DNA of 64,000 nucleotides, from NCBI GenBank assembly GCA_046290225.1, contig JBKAGE010000038.1, forward strand, positions 128,001 to 192,000, read 5' to 3'. The stretch is from Bradymonadia bacterium. Its GTDB lineage: Bacteria > Myxococcota_A > Bradymonadia > UBA7976 > UBA1532. The notes beneath the pieces are model-generated. The model was given only the letters and a program-made list of their open reading frames with translations. It did no database searches and had not been told where the DNA came from. The number at the start of each line of letters is the position of its first letter. Within the stretch, counting starts at the first letter, position 1. The position numbers and the translations under genes are program-made. Below are positions 29,958 to 40,259 of the stretch, in pieces.

Positions 29958-31076
29958 ATGATTCTTCAGCTGCTCGCCCTCGCCACCACTCTGCTCACGC
30001 CCCCGCCCCCGCTGGTCTTCAAGGGGCCGATCGTGCAACAGGTCACGACCACTTCGGCCAAATTGCTCTGGGAAGCCACCGACAAGGGCCCGTTCAAGGT
30101 GATCATCGGCAGCGAGGCAGGGCGACGGGACATCCCCATCGAGGCCACGGGGCCATTCCCCGCCATGGTCTCGGTCCCCATCGAGGGTCTCAAACCCGGC
30201 TCGACGTATACATGGGGCCTGCTCGGCGGCACACCGGAGCGCCCCATCAAGCAAGGCACCGTCACCACTCAGGGTCCATCGAACCGACCGTTCACTTTCA
30301 TGGTCTACGGCGACAACCGCTCTGATCATCGCGCCCACACGGGGGTGGTCGAAGCCATGGCCAAAGAGAAGGCCGACTTCTGGATCAACACGGGCGATCT
30401 GGTGGCGGTGGGCGCTCGCCCACGAGACTGGCAGATCTTCTTCGCCATCGAGGGGCGACACCTGGCGTCAACCCCCATGTGGCCGGTCATCGGCAACCAC
30501 GAGGTGGTGGGCCAGGGTCACAGGCTGTTCCAGCGCTACTTCGATCTGCCCGGGAACGAGCTCTACTACGCCATGACCTGGGGCAACGTTCGCTTTGTCT
30601 TCATCGACACGTACGTGCACGTCGATCAGGGCGCCCCCAATGCTGCTCAACAGGCGTTTTTGCTCGAAGAGGTCGAGAAGGCGAAGGCGGATCCCAAGAT
30701 CGATCACATCATCGGGGTGGCGCACGCGGGGCCCTACAGCAGCAATCCCCACCGCCATGGCAACCCGCCTCTTCGCCCTCTCCTGAAGAAGCTGAAGGCG
30801 GCTGGCATGAAGGCCCTGCTCGCGGGCCATGATCATTTCTACGAGCGCGGCACCACCGACGACGGTCTGCCCTATCTGGTGGTGGGCTGCGGTGGCGCGC
30901 CGCTCTACCCCACGGTGGGCCCTGGCAAGCACGATGGATACACGGCCCACGCCAGCCGCAGCACCTACGGTTACGTGCGCATGCACAGCGCTGGGCCAGT
31001 GCTCAAGGGCTGCGCCGTCGATCTGGACGGCACGGCCTTCGACTGTTTTTCTATCTCCGGCGCTCCGGCCCCGTGA
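29958..31076 (+). CDS. Secreted purple-acid-phosphatase-like metallophosphoesterase with an N-terminal FN3-like domain
   Basis: YGDNR, TGDLV, GNHE, GHDHFYER motifs; IEGLKPGSTYTW is FN3-like. Confidence 0.92.
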   Translation: MILQLLALATTLLTPPPPLVFKGPIVQQVTTTSAKLLWEATDKGPFKVIIGSEAGRRDIPIEATGPFPAMVSVPIEGLKPGSTYTWGLLGGTPERPIKQGTVTTQGPSNRPFTFMVYGDNRSDHRAHTGVVEAMAKEKADFWINTGDLVAVGARPRDWQIFFAIEGRHLASTPMWPVIGNHEVVGQGHRLFQRYFDLPGNELYYAMTWGNVRFVFIDTYVHVDQGAPNAAQQAFLLEEVEKAKADPKIDHIIGVAHAGPYSSNPHRHGNPPLRPLLKKLKAAGMKALLAGHDHFYERGTTDDGLPYLVVGCGGAPLYPTVGPGKHDGYTAHASRSTYGYVRMHSAGPVLKGCAVDLDGTAFDCFSISGAPAP

Positions 31077-31724
31077 GCGGCCGTCTGCGTCGCGATGCGC
31101 AGCGCTCAGGCGGCGCTTCCCTCCTCGACGATGCTTCCAGCATCGCCTGCGGGTGAATCACCACCTGCGCACTACGCCTCACGACGCAGTCGACCACTCA
31201 CGTGACCTCCGCGCCTCCGTGGGCTGGCCAGATGGGGGGGAGGAGTTGGGGTTGGGGTTGGGGGCGCAGGTGTCAGTGGTATCAGGCCATTGGATGGGCC
31301 TGATATGTATGTGTCAGAGAGGCGCTGTGCATGTACCCCGCCAGAGCGGCGGCTTCGATCAAAAGCTCTTGCTGTCGTAAGGGGCACAGACCTTCGTGCA
31401 GCCAACTCGACTGAACATAGCTGGAGAGTGGTGACAGTCAGCGCTGTTGCCGTTGTGGGGTCCACGAATCTTCATGCAAACGTTGTGAAGAAGAGAGACC
31501 CGTAGCCAGGAGATCCCACAGAGCCCTTTCAAAGCCGTAATCCACGTATGCACGTGCTCCGCGGAGGCGTGGAGGTTCTGGGGGTCGTCAGCTGAGGGGT
31601 GAGTTGGTGTGCAGTCGTGGTGGCAAAAGCGCAGGCGCAGCAGCGCTGCGTCGAGCATTTTGGCGCCGCGAATGTGCGCCAAATCGCCGCTCAGATGGCG
31701 GCCCACAGAGCCGGAGCGCCGGAG

Positions 31725-34385
31725 CTAGAGCAACAAACACTGGAAGGAGCCGAGGAGGCAGACGAAGTCATCGCCCATGGCTGCGTTGGCGAGATCGATG
31801 TAGCACTGAGCCTGAGCCTGGGCCGCAGCAGGATCTTGAGCGAGCAGGTTGCGGCAGCTGTCGAGGTAGGCCTGCTCACCGCCGACGAGATCTTGGAGGT
31901 TGCAGTCCAAGATGGCAGCGAAGCCGTCAGTGCAGATGTCGGCAGGGTTGTCGAAACAGGCCTCGATCTCCTCCGCAGAGCAGCCCGCCATGCGGGCGTC
32001 CCGGGCGCAGTTGCCGAAGCCCTCTGCGAAGGCATCACCGTTGAGGAGCGAACCCCCGGCGCACTCAATGGCGCAGGCGTCCTCATCCGCGAAGATCGCC
32101 TCTTCCCCGGGACCGACGAGGCCCTCACAGGCAGCGATCTCTGCACAGGCGCCCACACATGCCGGATCGATTTGCGGATCCTCAGCCAGGCAGAGGCCGA
32201 TGTCGTCACAGGCCGCCCGGTTTGCGCAGGCAGCGTTGATGGGCGTCCCTGCAGGCTCGGGGATGCAGTCGCGCTCGCACAGGAAGGCGTCGAAAGCCGG
32301 ATCGCAGACATTCTGCGCGCCACAGAGGCTCTGACACGCGGGGCTCGCCGGCTCCACCTCGATGCCATTGCACTCCGCAACAGCGCCGCAGCCCGCCTGA
32401 CGGCGGGTGGCGCCGAGCGTGCACGACACCTCGTCGACGTTCGTCTCCGCCTCGAGCGCCATGCCGCAACTTGCCACGCACGACTCCACGTCACCGCCCT
32501 CCTCGATCAAGCGGCAGCGATCCATCTCAGCGCAGTACGGATCGCACAGCGTCGTCACATCAGCGCCGTCCACACAGGCCGTCACCGCTTCGCAGGTCTC
32601 CTCGGCACCCTGCAGACAGGCCTCCGCCGCAGCAAAGGTGAGGCCTTCGACGCCAGGGAGCCCCGCACCACAGGACTGCACACAGCTCACCATCGCAGCC
32701 TCGTCGCCGCCCTCGCAGGCCACAGTGGCCTCGCACCAGCGCAGGCAAGCCAGGCCTCCCCCGAGCTCACCATCCTCGCAGGTGGCGCGCTCGTCGCATC
32801 GATCAGTGGCGGCGGCACACGCCAGCCGCTCCAAGTAGGACTCGGGCCGGGCGAAGGTGGCATCGTCACAGGCCGCCTGACAGTCAGCGCCACCGAGATC
32901 ACAGGCCTCGAGCAAAGTGCACAAGGGCGTGCAGTCCGGCGCCGGAGGGGTCTCGCACAGCGGCAGCTGGTCACAGCCTGCAGCAGCGGAAGCGCACAGG
33001 CGGGCAGCCCGAGCCCGATCGGTGAGGAACAGAGCCTCGCAGCTCGCCTGACAGGTGGCTGCGTCGGGGTACTGGCCCAGAGCCTCACACTCATCCAAAC
33101 GACCACAATATGACTCGCAGGTCGCCATAGGCTCTGCAGCGGCCTGACAGGCTTCGATGGCCGGGCACGTGGCGCCACCCGCGCACTCGATGAGGGGGAG
33201 CCAGGAAGCCGCCTGGGCCGCCTCGCCGCTCGCCAGGGCTCCGTCACAGAGTTGCTGGCACCCGAAGGCATCCTGGCCCTCGGGGAGCAGGCCGCACAGC
33301 TCGCTCACCTCGCAGTGCGCCCGACAGCCCCCGGGGGGCGCCGGTGCCGGTGCGAAGCAGGCATAGAGAGGTGATTCGCAGCTGTCCTCCAGAGAGGATA
33401 CGAGACAATCGGCGGCCTCCTCTGATACAGCGGCGAGGGTCTCCGCAGCAGGGATGTCACACGGCTCGCCGAAGAACCCGCAGGCCTCGTCGGCACCGCA
33501 GATCGCCGCCACCGCCTCAGGATCAGTGGCGCCGCCCGCTTGAAGGGCGATGCAGCTCTGGAGCGCCTCACAGTTCCCCGCGAGGTTGTCGAAGCAGCCG
33601 ATGCGTTGGTTCACGCGCAGTTGCACCACCGGATCGGCGTCGCCCTGAGCAGTGGCACACTGAATAGCGCACTCGATCGGATCGAAGTCGGGATCCGCGC
33701 TGCACTGGGACTCGGCGTCACACATGCGCAGGCAGTCCGCCGCGCGATCCTCGAGCATGCATCGGGCAAAGCCCAGCTCATCACATACACCCTGACGCAC
33801 CAGTGCTTCGCCGCAGATGCCCATCCGGAGCTCCACCACGCGCACCTCGCAGCCTTGGGCGCAGCTCTCCACATCGGGGAGCGCCGTGGGCAGACGGAAG
33901 TCTTCCTCGCAGCCGTCGATGGCGGTGCACACCTCGTCACAGGCCGGTGGGGGCGCCTCGGGGATCGGACACTGGTCGAGGCGGCCACAGGCCTCGAGCT
34001 CCACACAGCTCAACCACCCCTGGAACCGGGGCCCCTCGCTGGCGAGGGCGCAGGCTTCGGCGCACGACTCTGCGGAGCCACCGGCGAGATCGAGCCGATC
34101 GCACTCTCCGAGCACCTCACAGGCATCAACACAGTTCTCCACCGGGCGACGGCGAGGCTCCATGTCGGGGAGCGAGGCATCGCTCATCTCACCGCCGGCG
34201 CCGCCCACTTCACCACCGGCGCCGCCCACCTCGCCGCCAGCGCCGCCCATTTCGCCGCCAGCGCCGCCCATCACCATGGCGTCATTGGAGCGCATGCGGT
34301 TTGCATCAGGGGTGTCGGAGCCACCTCCGTCATCGCAGCCAGCGATGCTGAGGGCAGAGACAACAATGGTGAGCCAGGTCTTCAT
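31725..34385 (-). CDS. Large Cys-rich repeat lipoprotein
   Basis: Lipobox IAGC-DD, GGAGGE(M/V) repeats, then many ~55-60 aa modules of the type CxxxCxxxxxC...CxxxC...C...C...C. Confidence 0.85.
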   Translation of the reverse strand: MKTWLTIVVSALSIAGCDDGGGSDTPDANRMRSNDAMVMGGAGGEMGGAGGEVGGAGGEVGGAGGEMSDASLPDMEPRRRPVENCVDACEVLGECDRLDLAGGSAESCAEACALASEGPRFQGWLSCVELEACGRLDQCPIPEAPPPACDEVCTAIDGCEEDFRLPTALPDVESCAQGCEVRVVELRMGICGEALVRQGVCDELGFARCMLEDRAADCLRMCDAESQCSADPDFDPIECAIQCATAQGDADPVVQLRVNQRIGCFDNLAGNCEALQSCIALQAGGATDPEAVAAICGADEACGFFGEPCDIPAAETLAAVSEEAADCLVSSLEDSCESPLYACFAPAPAPPGGCRAHCEVSELCGLLPEGQDAFGCQQLCDGALASGEAAQAASWLPLIECAGGATCPAIEACQAAAEPMATCESYCGRLDECEALGQYPDAATCQASCEALFLTDRARAARLCASAAAGCDQLPLCETPPAPDCTPLCTLLEACDLGGADCQAACDDATFARPESYLERLACAAATDRCDERATCEDGELGGGLACLRWCEATVACEGGDEAAMVSCVQSCGAGLPGVEGLTFAAAEACLQGAEETCEAVTACVDGADVTTLCDPYCAEMDRCRLIEEGGDVESCVASCGMALEAETNVDEVSCTLGATRRQAGCGAVAECNGIEVEPASPACQSLCGAQNVCDPAFDAFLCERDCIPEPAGTPINAACANRAACDDIGLCLAEDPQIDPACVGACAEIAACEGLVGPGEEAIFADEDACAIECAGGSLLNGDAFAEGFGNCARDARMAGCSAEEIEACFDNPADICTDGFAAILDCNLQDLVGGEQAYLDSCRNLLAQDPAAAQAQAQCYIDLANAAMGDDFVCLLGSFQCLLL

Positions 34386-34458
34386 GAGGGCGTCTCCCGG
34401 ATCTGATGAGGCCGCGCAAGATACAGCGTGGGCTCAGATCGGAGCAAGAGGGCCCAGG

Positions 34459-35655
34459 TCAGCTTTCTCGGATGATCAGCTCTGTGCGGTGAATCAGCTG
34501 GTCGACGGCGGTGGGATCGAGGTGCTCCCACGCGAGAAACAGCAGAAATTGCAGGTACTCGTGCAGGCCATCCCTCAAGCGACCCTCGGGATCCGGCGGG
34601 TCGAGTTGCTTGAGATGACTCACGAGGGGTGCCAACGGAAGACGTGCCTCTGCCCCTGGGTGCACATCGGCGAACAGAATGGCGTCCTCGCCTGAGCAGC
34701 CTTCGAAGAACGAGCTGCTCACCCGAGCGAGCTCGTCGGGAGAGATGTGGTTGAGGAAGTGCCGTCCCACCTCACCGTAGGCTTGGTTGTAGCGGGCCAC
34801 CAGCGCCATGAGCCCCTCAAGCACATCGGCGCTCCAGCTCACTGCAGGTGCCTGAGCCTCGCCCACGGCGAGGACCCCCGTTTTAAGCAGGTGTTGCACC
34901 GCTCGGAGCACCCGCAGCTCACCGAGGCCTGTCACCTGCACCAGATCCGTGAGGGTGCGGCGGTTGTCTACCGAAGCCAGAAGCCGCCCTTCGATCTGCG
35001 CAGTCTCCGGGCTCGCCGGTGTGTGAGGTGTGTCGGTGAGCATCAGGGGCCTGAGCGCGTCTGGCAACGAGGTGCGCAGATGGGCCAGCTCGTCCTGGCG
35101 CCGGAGTACGTCGAGCAGCAACTGCTGAGTGCCCATGGGGTTCAGATTGGGCAACAACGCCGCCTCGAAGCGCTGCACGAGGAACCGCCCCGACTTCACC
35201 TCCACCATCGATGCGAGGATCTCTTCAGTCTGAGCCCGCATGGCCGCCCACAACTGTTTGGGCGTGATGTGTCCTTCGGCGATGAGGATGTTGCCGATCT
35301 TGTTGCCCTCGCCCGATTGCCTGAGGAGCTCGGCGAGCTGTTCGGCGCTGATCAGCCCCATTCGAAACACCACATGCCCAAGACGATCACCAGGCAGGTT
35401 GCTGCTGGCTGCGATGATGTCGCCCTTGCGCAGGTAGATGGTGCGACGCGTGTGCGCCTCGATGACGTCGAACCCTGCGGTGCGCCCTCCGTTCGAGAGA
35501 AAGGTCAGCAGATCGATGACCATACTCTCGTCTTCGATCACCCCGCTCATCAGCACCCGCCCCGACGTGGCGCTCTGGCCACGGGGCTTCTCGGGCTCTG
35601 TCTGCCGTGGGGCAGTCTTGATCGTCGGATTGTCCGAGGCGCGCTCAGCGCTCAT
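34459..35655 (-). CDS. DUF4388 (PATAN-like) domain protein
   Basis: MSGVIEDESMVIDLLTFL..GRT..RTIYLRKGDIIAASSN..DRLG..GLIS..KIGNILI..GRF..LLLDVLRRQDE. Confidence 0.8.
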   Translation of the reverse strand: MSAERASDNPTIKTAPRQTEPEKPRGQSATSGRVLMSGVIEDESMVIDLLTFLSNGGRTAGFDVIEAHTRRTIYLRKGDIIAASSNLPGDRLGHVVFRMGLISAEQLAELLRQSGEGNKIGNILIAEGHITPKQLWAAMRAQTEEILASMVEVKSGRFLVQRFEAALLPNLNPMGTQQLLLDVLRRQDELAHLRTSLPDALRPLMLTDTPHTPASPETAQIEGRLLASVDNRRTLTDLVQVTGLGELRVLRAVQHLLKTGVLAVGEAQAPAVSWSADVLEGLMALVARYNQAYGEVGRHFLNHISPDELARVSSSFFEGCSGEDAILFADVHPGAEARLPLAPLVSHLKQLDPPDPEGRLRDGLHEYLQFLLFLAWEHLDPTAVDQLIHRTELIIRES

Positions 35656-35825
35656 AACGTCACCACCTCGTCGGTGCTTCACCTTGTACATTCGGCATCT
35701 CGAGACCATGGAGTGAGCATGTGGTCACCCCCGGGTCCATGAGGCCCCTCAGCGGGCGAAAGTGTCCCGAGTTGGAACGCGCCACAGGCAAAAAGGGTGT
35801 TTGAGTCATGAAAAAACGCATCTGC

Positions 35826-35841
35826 TGATATAGTCCCCCCA
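35826..35841 (+). promoter_or_regulatory. Extended -10 promoter, probably giving a leaderless mRNA
   Basis: TGa-TATAGT, then 6 nt (CCCCCC), then ATG; no Shine-Dalgarno sequence. Confidence 0.6.
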
Positions 35842-37277
35842 TGTCCGTTCATCGCCCTACCGGAAGCGCCCCCATCCAGGACACTCTCGAGCTCACCTGG
35901 ACCGAGCGCCCCAAGCACGCCGAGCACGACGGCCCGCCCATCCCTGGGGTGGTCATGGTGAGCCACGCTGGCGAACCCGTCTTTGCCGGCGCCCCTCTCG
36001 TCAACGGCCGCCTCACCCTCGGCCGTGGTGATCGCGTGGGGCAGTTTCTCATCGAAGATGGCTGGATCTCTCGCCAGCACGCCGAGATCGAGCTCACCCC
36101 TGCCGGCTGGCAGGTGGCCGACGTCGGCAGCAGGAATGGCAGCGCCATCGACGGCATCACGCTCCAAGGCGAGCGACGCCTCATCGAGCACCCGAGGGTG
36201 ATCCGGCTCGGGAACAGCCTGTTCCTCGCCCGGCGCGACATCCGGCCCTACCTGCTCAGCCCGCCCTCGATCCGCCACGGCATCATCATGGGCCCCAAGC
36301 TGCAGAAGACCTGGAGCGAGATCGCCCGGGCTGCCCACTTCGGCAGCACCTTGCACATCACCGGTGAGTCGGGCGCAGGCAAGGAGCTCGCCTCCAGGGC
36401 GTTCCACGATCAGGGGCCTCGGCACAGCGGGCCCTTCATCGCCGTGAACTGCGCCACCATCCCCCCCAACCTCGCCGAGCGACTGCTCTTCGGCGCCAAG
36501 AAGGGGGCGTACTCCGGTGCCGACGCCGACGCCAAGGGCTATGTGAACGAAGCCCACAAAGGCACGCTGTTCCTCGACGAGGTGGCCGAGCTCGACCTCA
36601 CGGTCCAGGCCAAGCTGCTGCGCGTGCTCGAGAACCGCGAGGTCACCCCCCTCGGCGCCGCCCGGGCCCAGCCGGTCGATCTGCACATCTGCTCTGCCAC
36701 CCACCGCAACCTTCGAGATGCGGTCTCTGACGGGAAGCTGCGTGAAGACCTCTACTTCCGGCTGTCTCAGCCTCACGTGGAGCTGCCGCCGCTGCGCAGC
36801 CGGCCCGAGGAGATCCCGATGCTCGTCGATCGGGCAGTGCGTCGGGTCCTCGATGAAGCCATCAAGCGTGGCAGCCCCAGCGACGTCACCGTGAAGGCAC
36901 ACGTCTCTCTGGTGGAGACCTGCATGTTGCGCCACTGGCCCGGCAACGTGAGAGAGCTGATGGCCGAGGTGGCCGCAGCGGTGCAGACCGCGGTCACTCA
37001 GGGCAGCGAAGAGGTGGAGGGTCGGCACCTGCGGGAGCGGGCCGGCACCGCCTTCGAGTCGGGCAGCTTCACCGCCGGTAGTGCCCTGCCCGTCGCCGAG
37101 ACGCCCACACCAGCGCCCGCAGGCGGCCAGAAGCAGCAGTTCACTCAAGAGCAAATCGAGGCGGTGTTGCGAGAAGAGCGCGGCAACGTCTCCCGCTCTG
37201 CCCGGCGGCTGGGCCTGCACCGCACACAGCTGCGGCGGATCATCGATCGCTACGAGATCGACCCCAAGGCCCTGTAG
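35841..37277 (+). CDS. FHA-domain sigma54-dependent Fis-family enhancer-binding protein
   Basis: FHA (LGRG..ISRQHA..DVGSRNG), Walker A GESGAGKE, GAYSGA loop, LFLDEV, REDLYFRL, WPGNVREL, C-terminal HTH. Confidence 0.95.
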   Translation: MSVHRPTGSAPIQDTLELTWTERPKHAEHDGPPIPGVVMVSHAGEPVFAGAPLVNGRLTLGRGDRVGQFLIEDGWISRQHAEIELTPAGWQVADVGSRNGSAIDGITLQGERRLIEHPRVIRLGNSLFLARRDIRPYLLSPPSIRHGIIMGPKLQKTWSEIARAAHFGSTLHITGESGAGKELASRAFHDQGPRHSGPFIAVNCATIPPNLAERLLFGAKKGAYSGADADAKGYVNEAHKGTLFLDEVAELDLTVQAKLLRVLENREVTPLGAARAQPVDLHICSATHRNLRDAVSDGKLREDLYFRLSQPHVELPPLRSRPEEIPMLVDRAVRRVLDEAIKRGSPSDVTVKAHVSLVETCMLRHWPGNVRELMAEVAAAVQTAVTQGSEEVEGRHLRERAGTAFESGSFTAGSALPVAETPTPAPAGGQKQQFTQEQIEAVLREERGNVSRSARRLGLHRTQLRRIIDRYEIDPKAL

Positions 37278-37301
37278 GGGCGCCGGCAACAGCCACTGGG
37301 C

Positions 37302-40259
37302 TCAAGGCGCCTCACCGCCTGCCCACCTGATCTGAACCCGCAACCCCTGGTGCTTGCCCTCTCCCTCGAAGGCGATGCCGCCGAAGGCCCAGAGCAGACT
37401 GCTGAGGGCTCTTGTCGTCTCGCTGTCGCCTCCAGGCTTCGCCGGCCAGCGGGGCTGAGCGGGTGATCCATAGAGCGTGTGGGTGACCACACCGGCGTCG
37501 TCGATCTGCCATGGATCTTTCGCGCCATCTCCCCACCCTTGAGGCACCGCGCCGAGCCAGTGACCTGCGAGGGCCACCCGGTCCTCTGGCTGCTTGGGAA
37601 GAGGCCCCATCCAACTCAAGGTGTCGATCAGGTACCAGTCTCCGAAGACGCGCCGTCGCCGGCTGGCTTCGTGAGTGGCGTAGAGGGTGGGTAGGAGCTG
37701 ACCATTCGGCCGAGGCCTCAGGTTGAGGGCCGACTGCACTGCAGGCACCCCAGGCAGCTCGGTGCGAGCCTTCTTGCTCAGGCGATCCACCATCCCCTCC
37801 ACCACTGCACGGTTGAGCGAGATCACGAAGACGTCGTCGATGATGGCGTAGTACAGCGAGAACGTGCCGAAGAAGCCGCCGGTCTCGGCGATCTCCACAA
37901 TCTCGACCCCGTTGTACTGGCCCACAGGGGCCCACCGCAGCCTCATCCCGACACCACTCACCCTGTTCTGAAGTGTGGTGAGCGTCGCCGCGAGGGCCAC
38001 TGCGCTCTTCACGTGCACCATGGCGTAGACCGGCAAGTCCCGAATGACGTTGTCGTCTTCTCCCCGGTCGTCGTATCGGGTCTCAGATGCACTCAGCTCA
38101 CCGGTCCTGAGCACGAGGTTCCAGAGCTCGGCGGTATCGGGGGCGCCGACGGCCACCCAATCCCCCACCCAGCCGAGGCCCGCCTCACCGATGAGGCCCG
38201 AGCCCTTGGCGACGCTGTCGAGCTCGCGACGCAGCTTCGACTGCTGGCCCACGGCGAGGGTCCAGTGCAAGCCGTCGCCGAGGTTGGGCACCTTCACCGT
38301 GGTCTTGCCTACCGTCTCGATGATCTCGTCGTACTCCGAAGAGTCGATGAGCGGGAGCACGCGTACGTCGAGGGAGAGCAGACCGCCTGACTGCGTAATC
38401 TGGACCGCCACCGGATCGATGAACTGCCGCCAGTACTCCTGATAGGTCTCCCGAAAACGATCGTATGCCGCTTTCTCGCTCGGCGTGATGAGGTCGATCT
38501 TCTGCTCGATGAACGGTGTCATGCTGCTCAGATCACCCCACGCCGACCGAGGCCCGGCGTCGGTGAGCGTGATCTTCCCACCGTCGCTGTGCTGGCCGCC
38601 ATTCGTCGGCAACAGCCCCATATCGACCAGATGCTGAATCGACGGCGGCTTCCGGCCTTCGAGCCAGTGATGCACGACAGTGGCGTAGCCCACGGCCCGC
38701 AGCTCAGCCTGCGCCTTCATCCGGCGCGCTTGGAGCACCTTCACCTGGGGGCTCACCACGTGAGCCACGAAGGCGTCGCCGAGGAAGACGAAGCCCGCCT
38801 CTCCGGCCTTCGCGGGGTACAGGGCCCGCATGTACTGAAAGTCACCTGCCTGTGCGAGGCTGGGCACGCCCGCCTGACCAGCCTTCAGAATATGCGTCAG
38901 CGCTGCGGCGCTGTTCGAGACGATGATCACACCATCGACCTTGACGAAGTACTGACCCACGACGCCGTCGCTGCTCGAGGTGTGACGCACCTGGTGCCCC
39001 ACGAGAGAGATGGTCTCGCGCTTCAGAGGTCCGTGCTTCGCCTCAGCCCGTCGCTCGAAGCCCTTGAAGGCGGTCATGAGCAACGCCTCCCCTTTCACCT
39101 CGAACAAGATCGACAGATCAGAGCCTTCTCTCAGGAACGGATCGCTCATCACCAGGGCCATGGAAGACGCCGCCTGAGGCCCCAGAATCTTCGACAGCTC
39201 GGTCCGCTGCAGCATGAGCTGTTGTTGGTAACGTGCGCTGATGCCTGCCCTGCCGGCCTGACGCTCAAAGGCGGAGAACACCGGGGCGAGCTGCGCTTCC
39301 ATCGTGTCCATCAGCTCGGCGAAGGCTTTGGGATCGTCGAAGTGGGCGTAGAGCATGTCCGCGGGCACACGCTGAGCCAGCGGCTCGATCACAGGCTTCG
39401 TCTTCAGCTCGGCGATCATCTCCGGCCATGGGTGAGCGGCGAGCGGGACCGGCACTACGTTGCTCAACGACACCGTGGGTGTCTCGTTGGTGGTGACACC
39501 CAGAGCGCGATCTATCTGCAACGCCTCTTCGATGGAGGTCATCCCGGTGTAGAGCGACATGGCCTCGCTGATCTCACCTCGCCGACGACGTCGACGATCC
39601 AGCTCGACCGGGCCCTGGTCAGAGACCCCTTTGGCGATCCGCTCGAACCGTCGGGCGACATAGGGGTTGAGCAGGCTCCCGGAGCGCTCCGCCCCGAACC
39701 AGTGTGCGGCGCTCCGGTAGAACGCTGCGTGCAGCGCATCGCCGGGCTGGGGCGGCTCTGCTGGCGGGATGGTGACGGTGTGCACGATCCCGTTGCCCTT
39801 CCTCTGACTCAGAGTCACCTCGATCTCGAGCGGCCGACTCAGCGGGTGGGCGTCGACCAGCCGGACCACGGCGAGGCCAGCCTCGGGCATCCCCCCTTGG
39901 GCGAGAGGAACCGCCACCCCATGGCGAGGGCCTTTGATTTTGGCGCTGACGAAGGTCAACCCGTTGGGAATGGGCGCCCGCACCTTCAAGAACAGACGCC
40001 CGTCCTGCACATGTTGTGCGAGGAGAGTGCCGGCGATGGGCTCGCCTTTCTCGAGCGTAAACGCCGTTGACTTCCGCGGCCTCGCCTCAGCCTTGCCCAC
40101 AGCTGGGCCCAGGGCAGGCAGCTCGGCCTTCTGAGGTGCTCGGGTGACCTCAGCCCCATCGGCCTGTCCCTGGCTCTTGACCTGCCCCGACTCGGGGTTG
40201 CAGGCCCCCAGGGCACACAGAAGGAAGAGGCTTGACGATCTCCACAGGGTTTTGCGCAT
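37302..40259 (-). CDS. Large hypothetical lipoprotein (985 aa)
   Basis: Lipobox LGAC-N, long ORF with typical codon bias; no motif recognised. Confidence 0.8.
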   Translation of the reverse strand: MRKTLWRSSSLFLLCALGACNPESGQVKSQGQADGAEVTRAPQKAELPALGPAVGKAEARPRKSTAFTLEKGEPIAGTLLAQHVQDGRLFLKVRAPIPNGLTFVSAKIKGPRHGVAVPLAQGGMPEAGLAVVRLVDAHPLSRPLEIEVTLSQRKGNGIVHTVTIPPAEPPQPGDALHAAFYRSAAHWFGAERSGSLLNPYVARRFERIAKGVSDQGPVELDRRRRRRGEISEAMSLYTGMTSIEEALQIDRALGVTTNETPTVSLSNVVPVPLAAHPWPEMIAELKTKPVIEPLAQRVPADMLYAHFDDPKAFAELMDTMEAQLAPVFSAFERQAGRAGISARYQQQLMLQRTELSKILGPQAASSMALVMSDPFLREGSDLSILFEVKGEALLMTAFKGFERRAEAKHGPLKRETISLVGHQVRHTSSSDGVVGQYFVKVDGVIIVSNSAAALTHILKAGQAGVPSLAQAGDFQYMRALYPAKAGEAGFVFLGDAFVAHVVSPQVKVLQARRMKAQAELRAVGYATVVHHWLEGRKPPSIQHLVDMGLLPTNGGQHSDGGKITLTDAGPRSAWGDLSSMTPFIEQKIDLITPSEKAAYDRFRETYQEYWRQFIDPVAVQITQSGGLLSLDVRVLPLIDSSEYDEIIETVGKTTVKVPNLGDGLHWTLAVGQQSKLRRELDSVAKGSGLIGEAGLGWVGDWVAVGAPDTAELWNLVLRTGELSASETRYDDRGEDDNVIRDLPVYAMVHVKSAVALAATLTTLQNRVSGVGMRLRWAPVGQYNGVEIVEIAETGGFFGTFSLYYAIIDDVFVISLNRAVVEGMVDRLSKKARTELPGVPAVQSALNLRPRPNGQLLPTLYATHEASRRRRVFGDWYLIDTLSWMGPLPKQPEDRVALAGHWLGAVPQGWGDGAKDPWQIDDAGVVTHTLYGSPAQPRWPAKPGGDSETTRALSSLLWAFGGIAFEGEGKHQGLRVQIRWAGGEAP

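Noticed and set aside
31234..31264. Ciliate telomere-like (TTGGGG)n as contamination or a replicon end
   Set aside because: Only three units, embedded in continuous bacterial sequence.
35679..37289. 536-aa minus-strand ORF; likewise 9018..10238, 12209..13519, 13378..14697, 31599..33113 and 49610..51523
   Set aside because: Each is antisense to a well-supported gene, a common artefact in GC-rich DNA.
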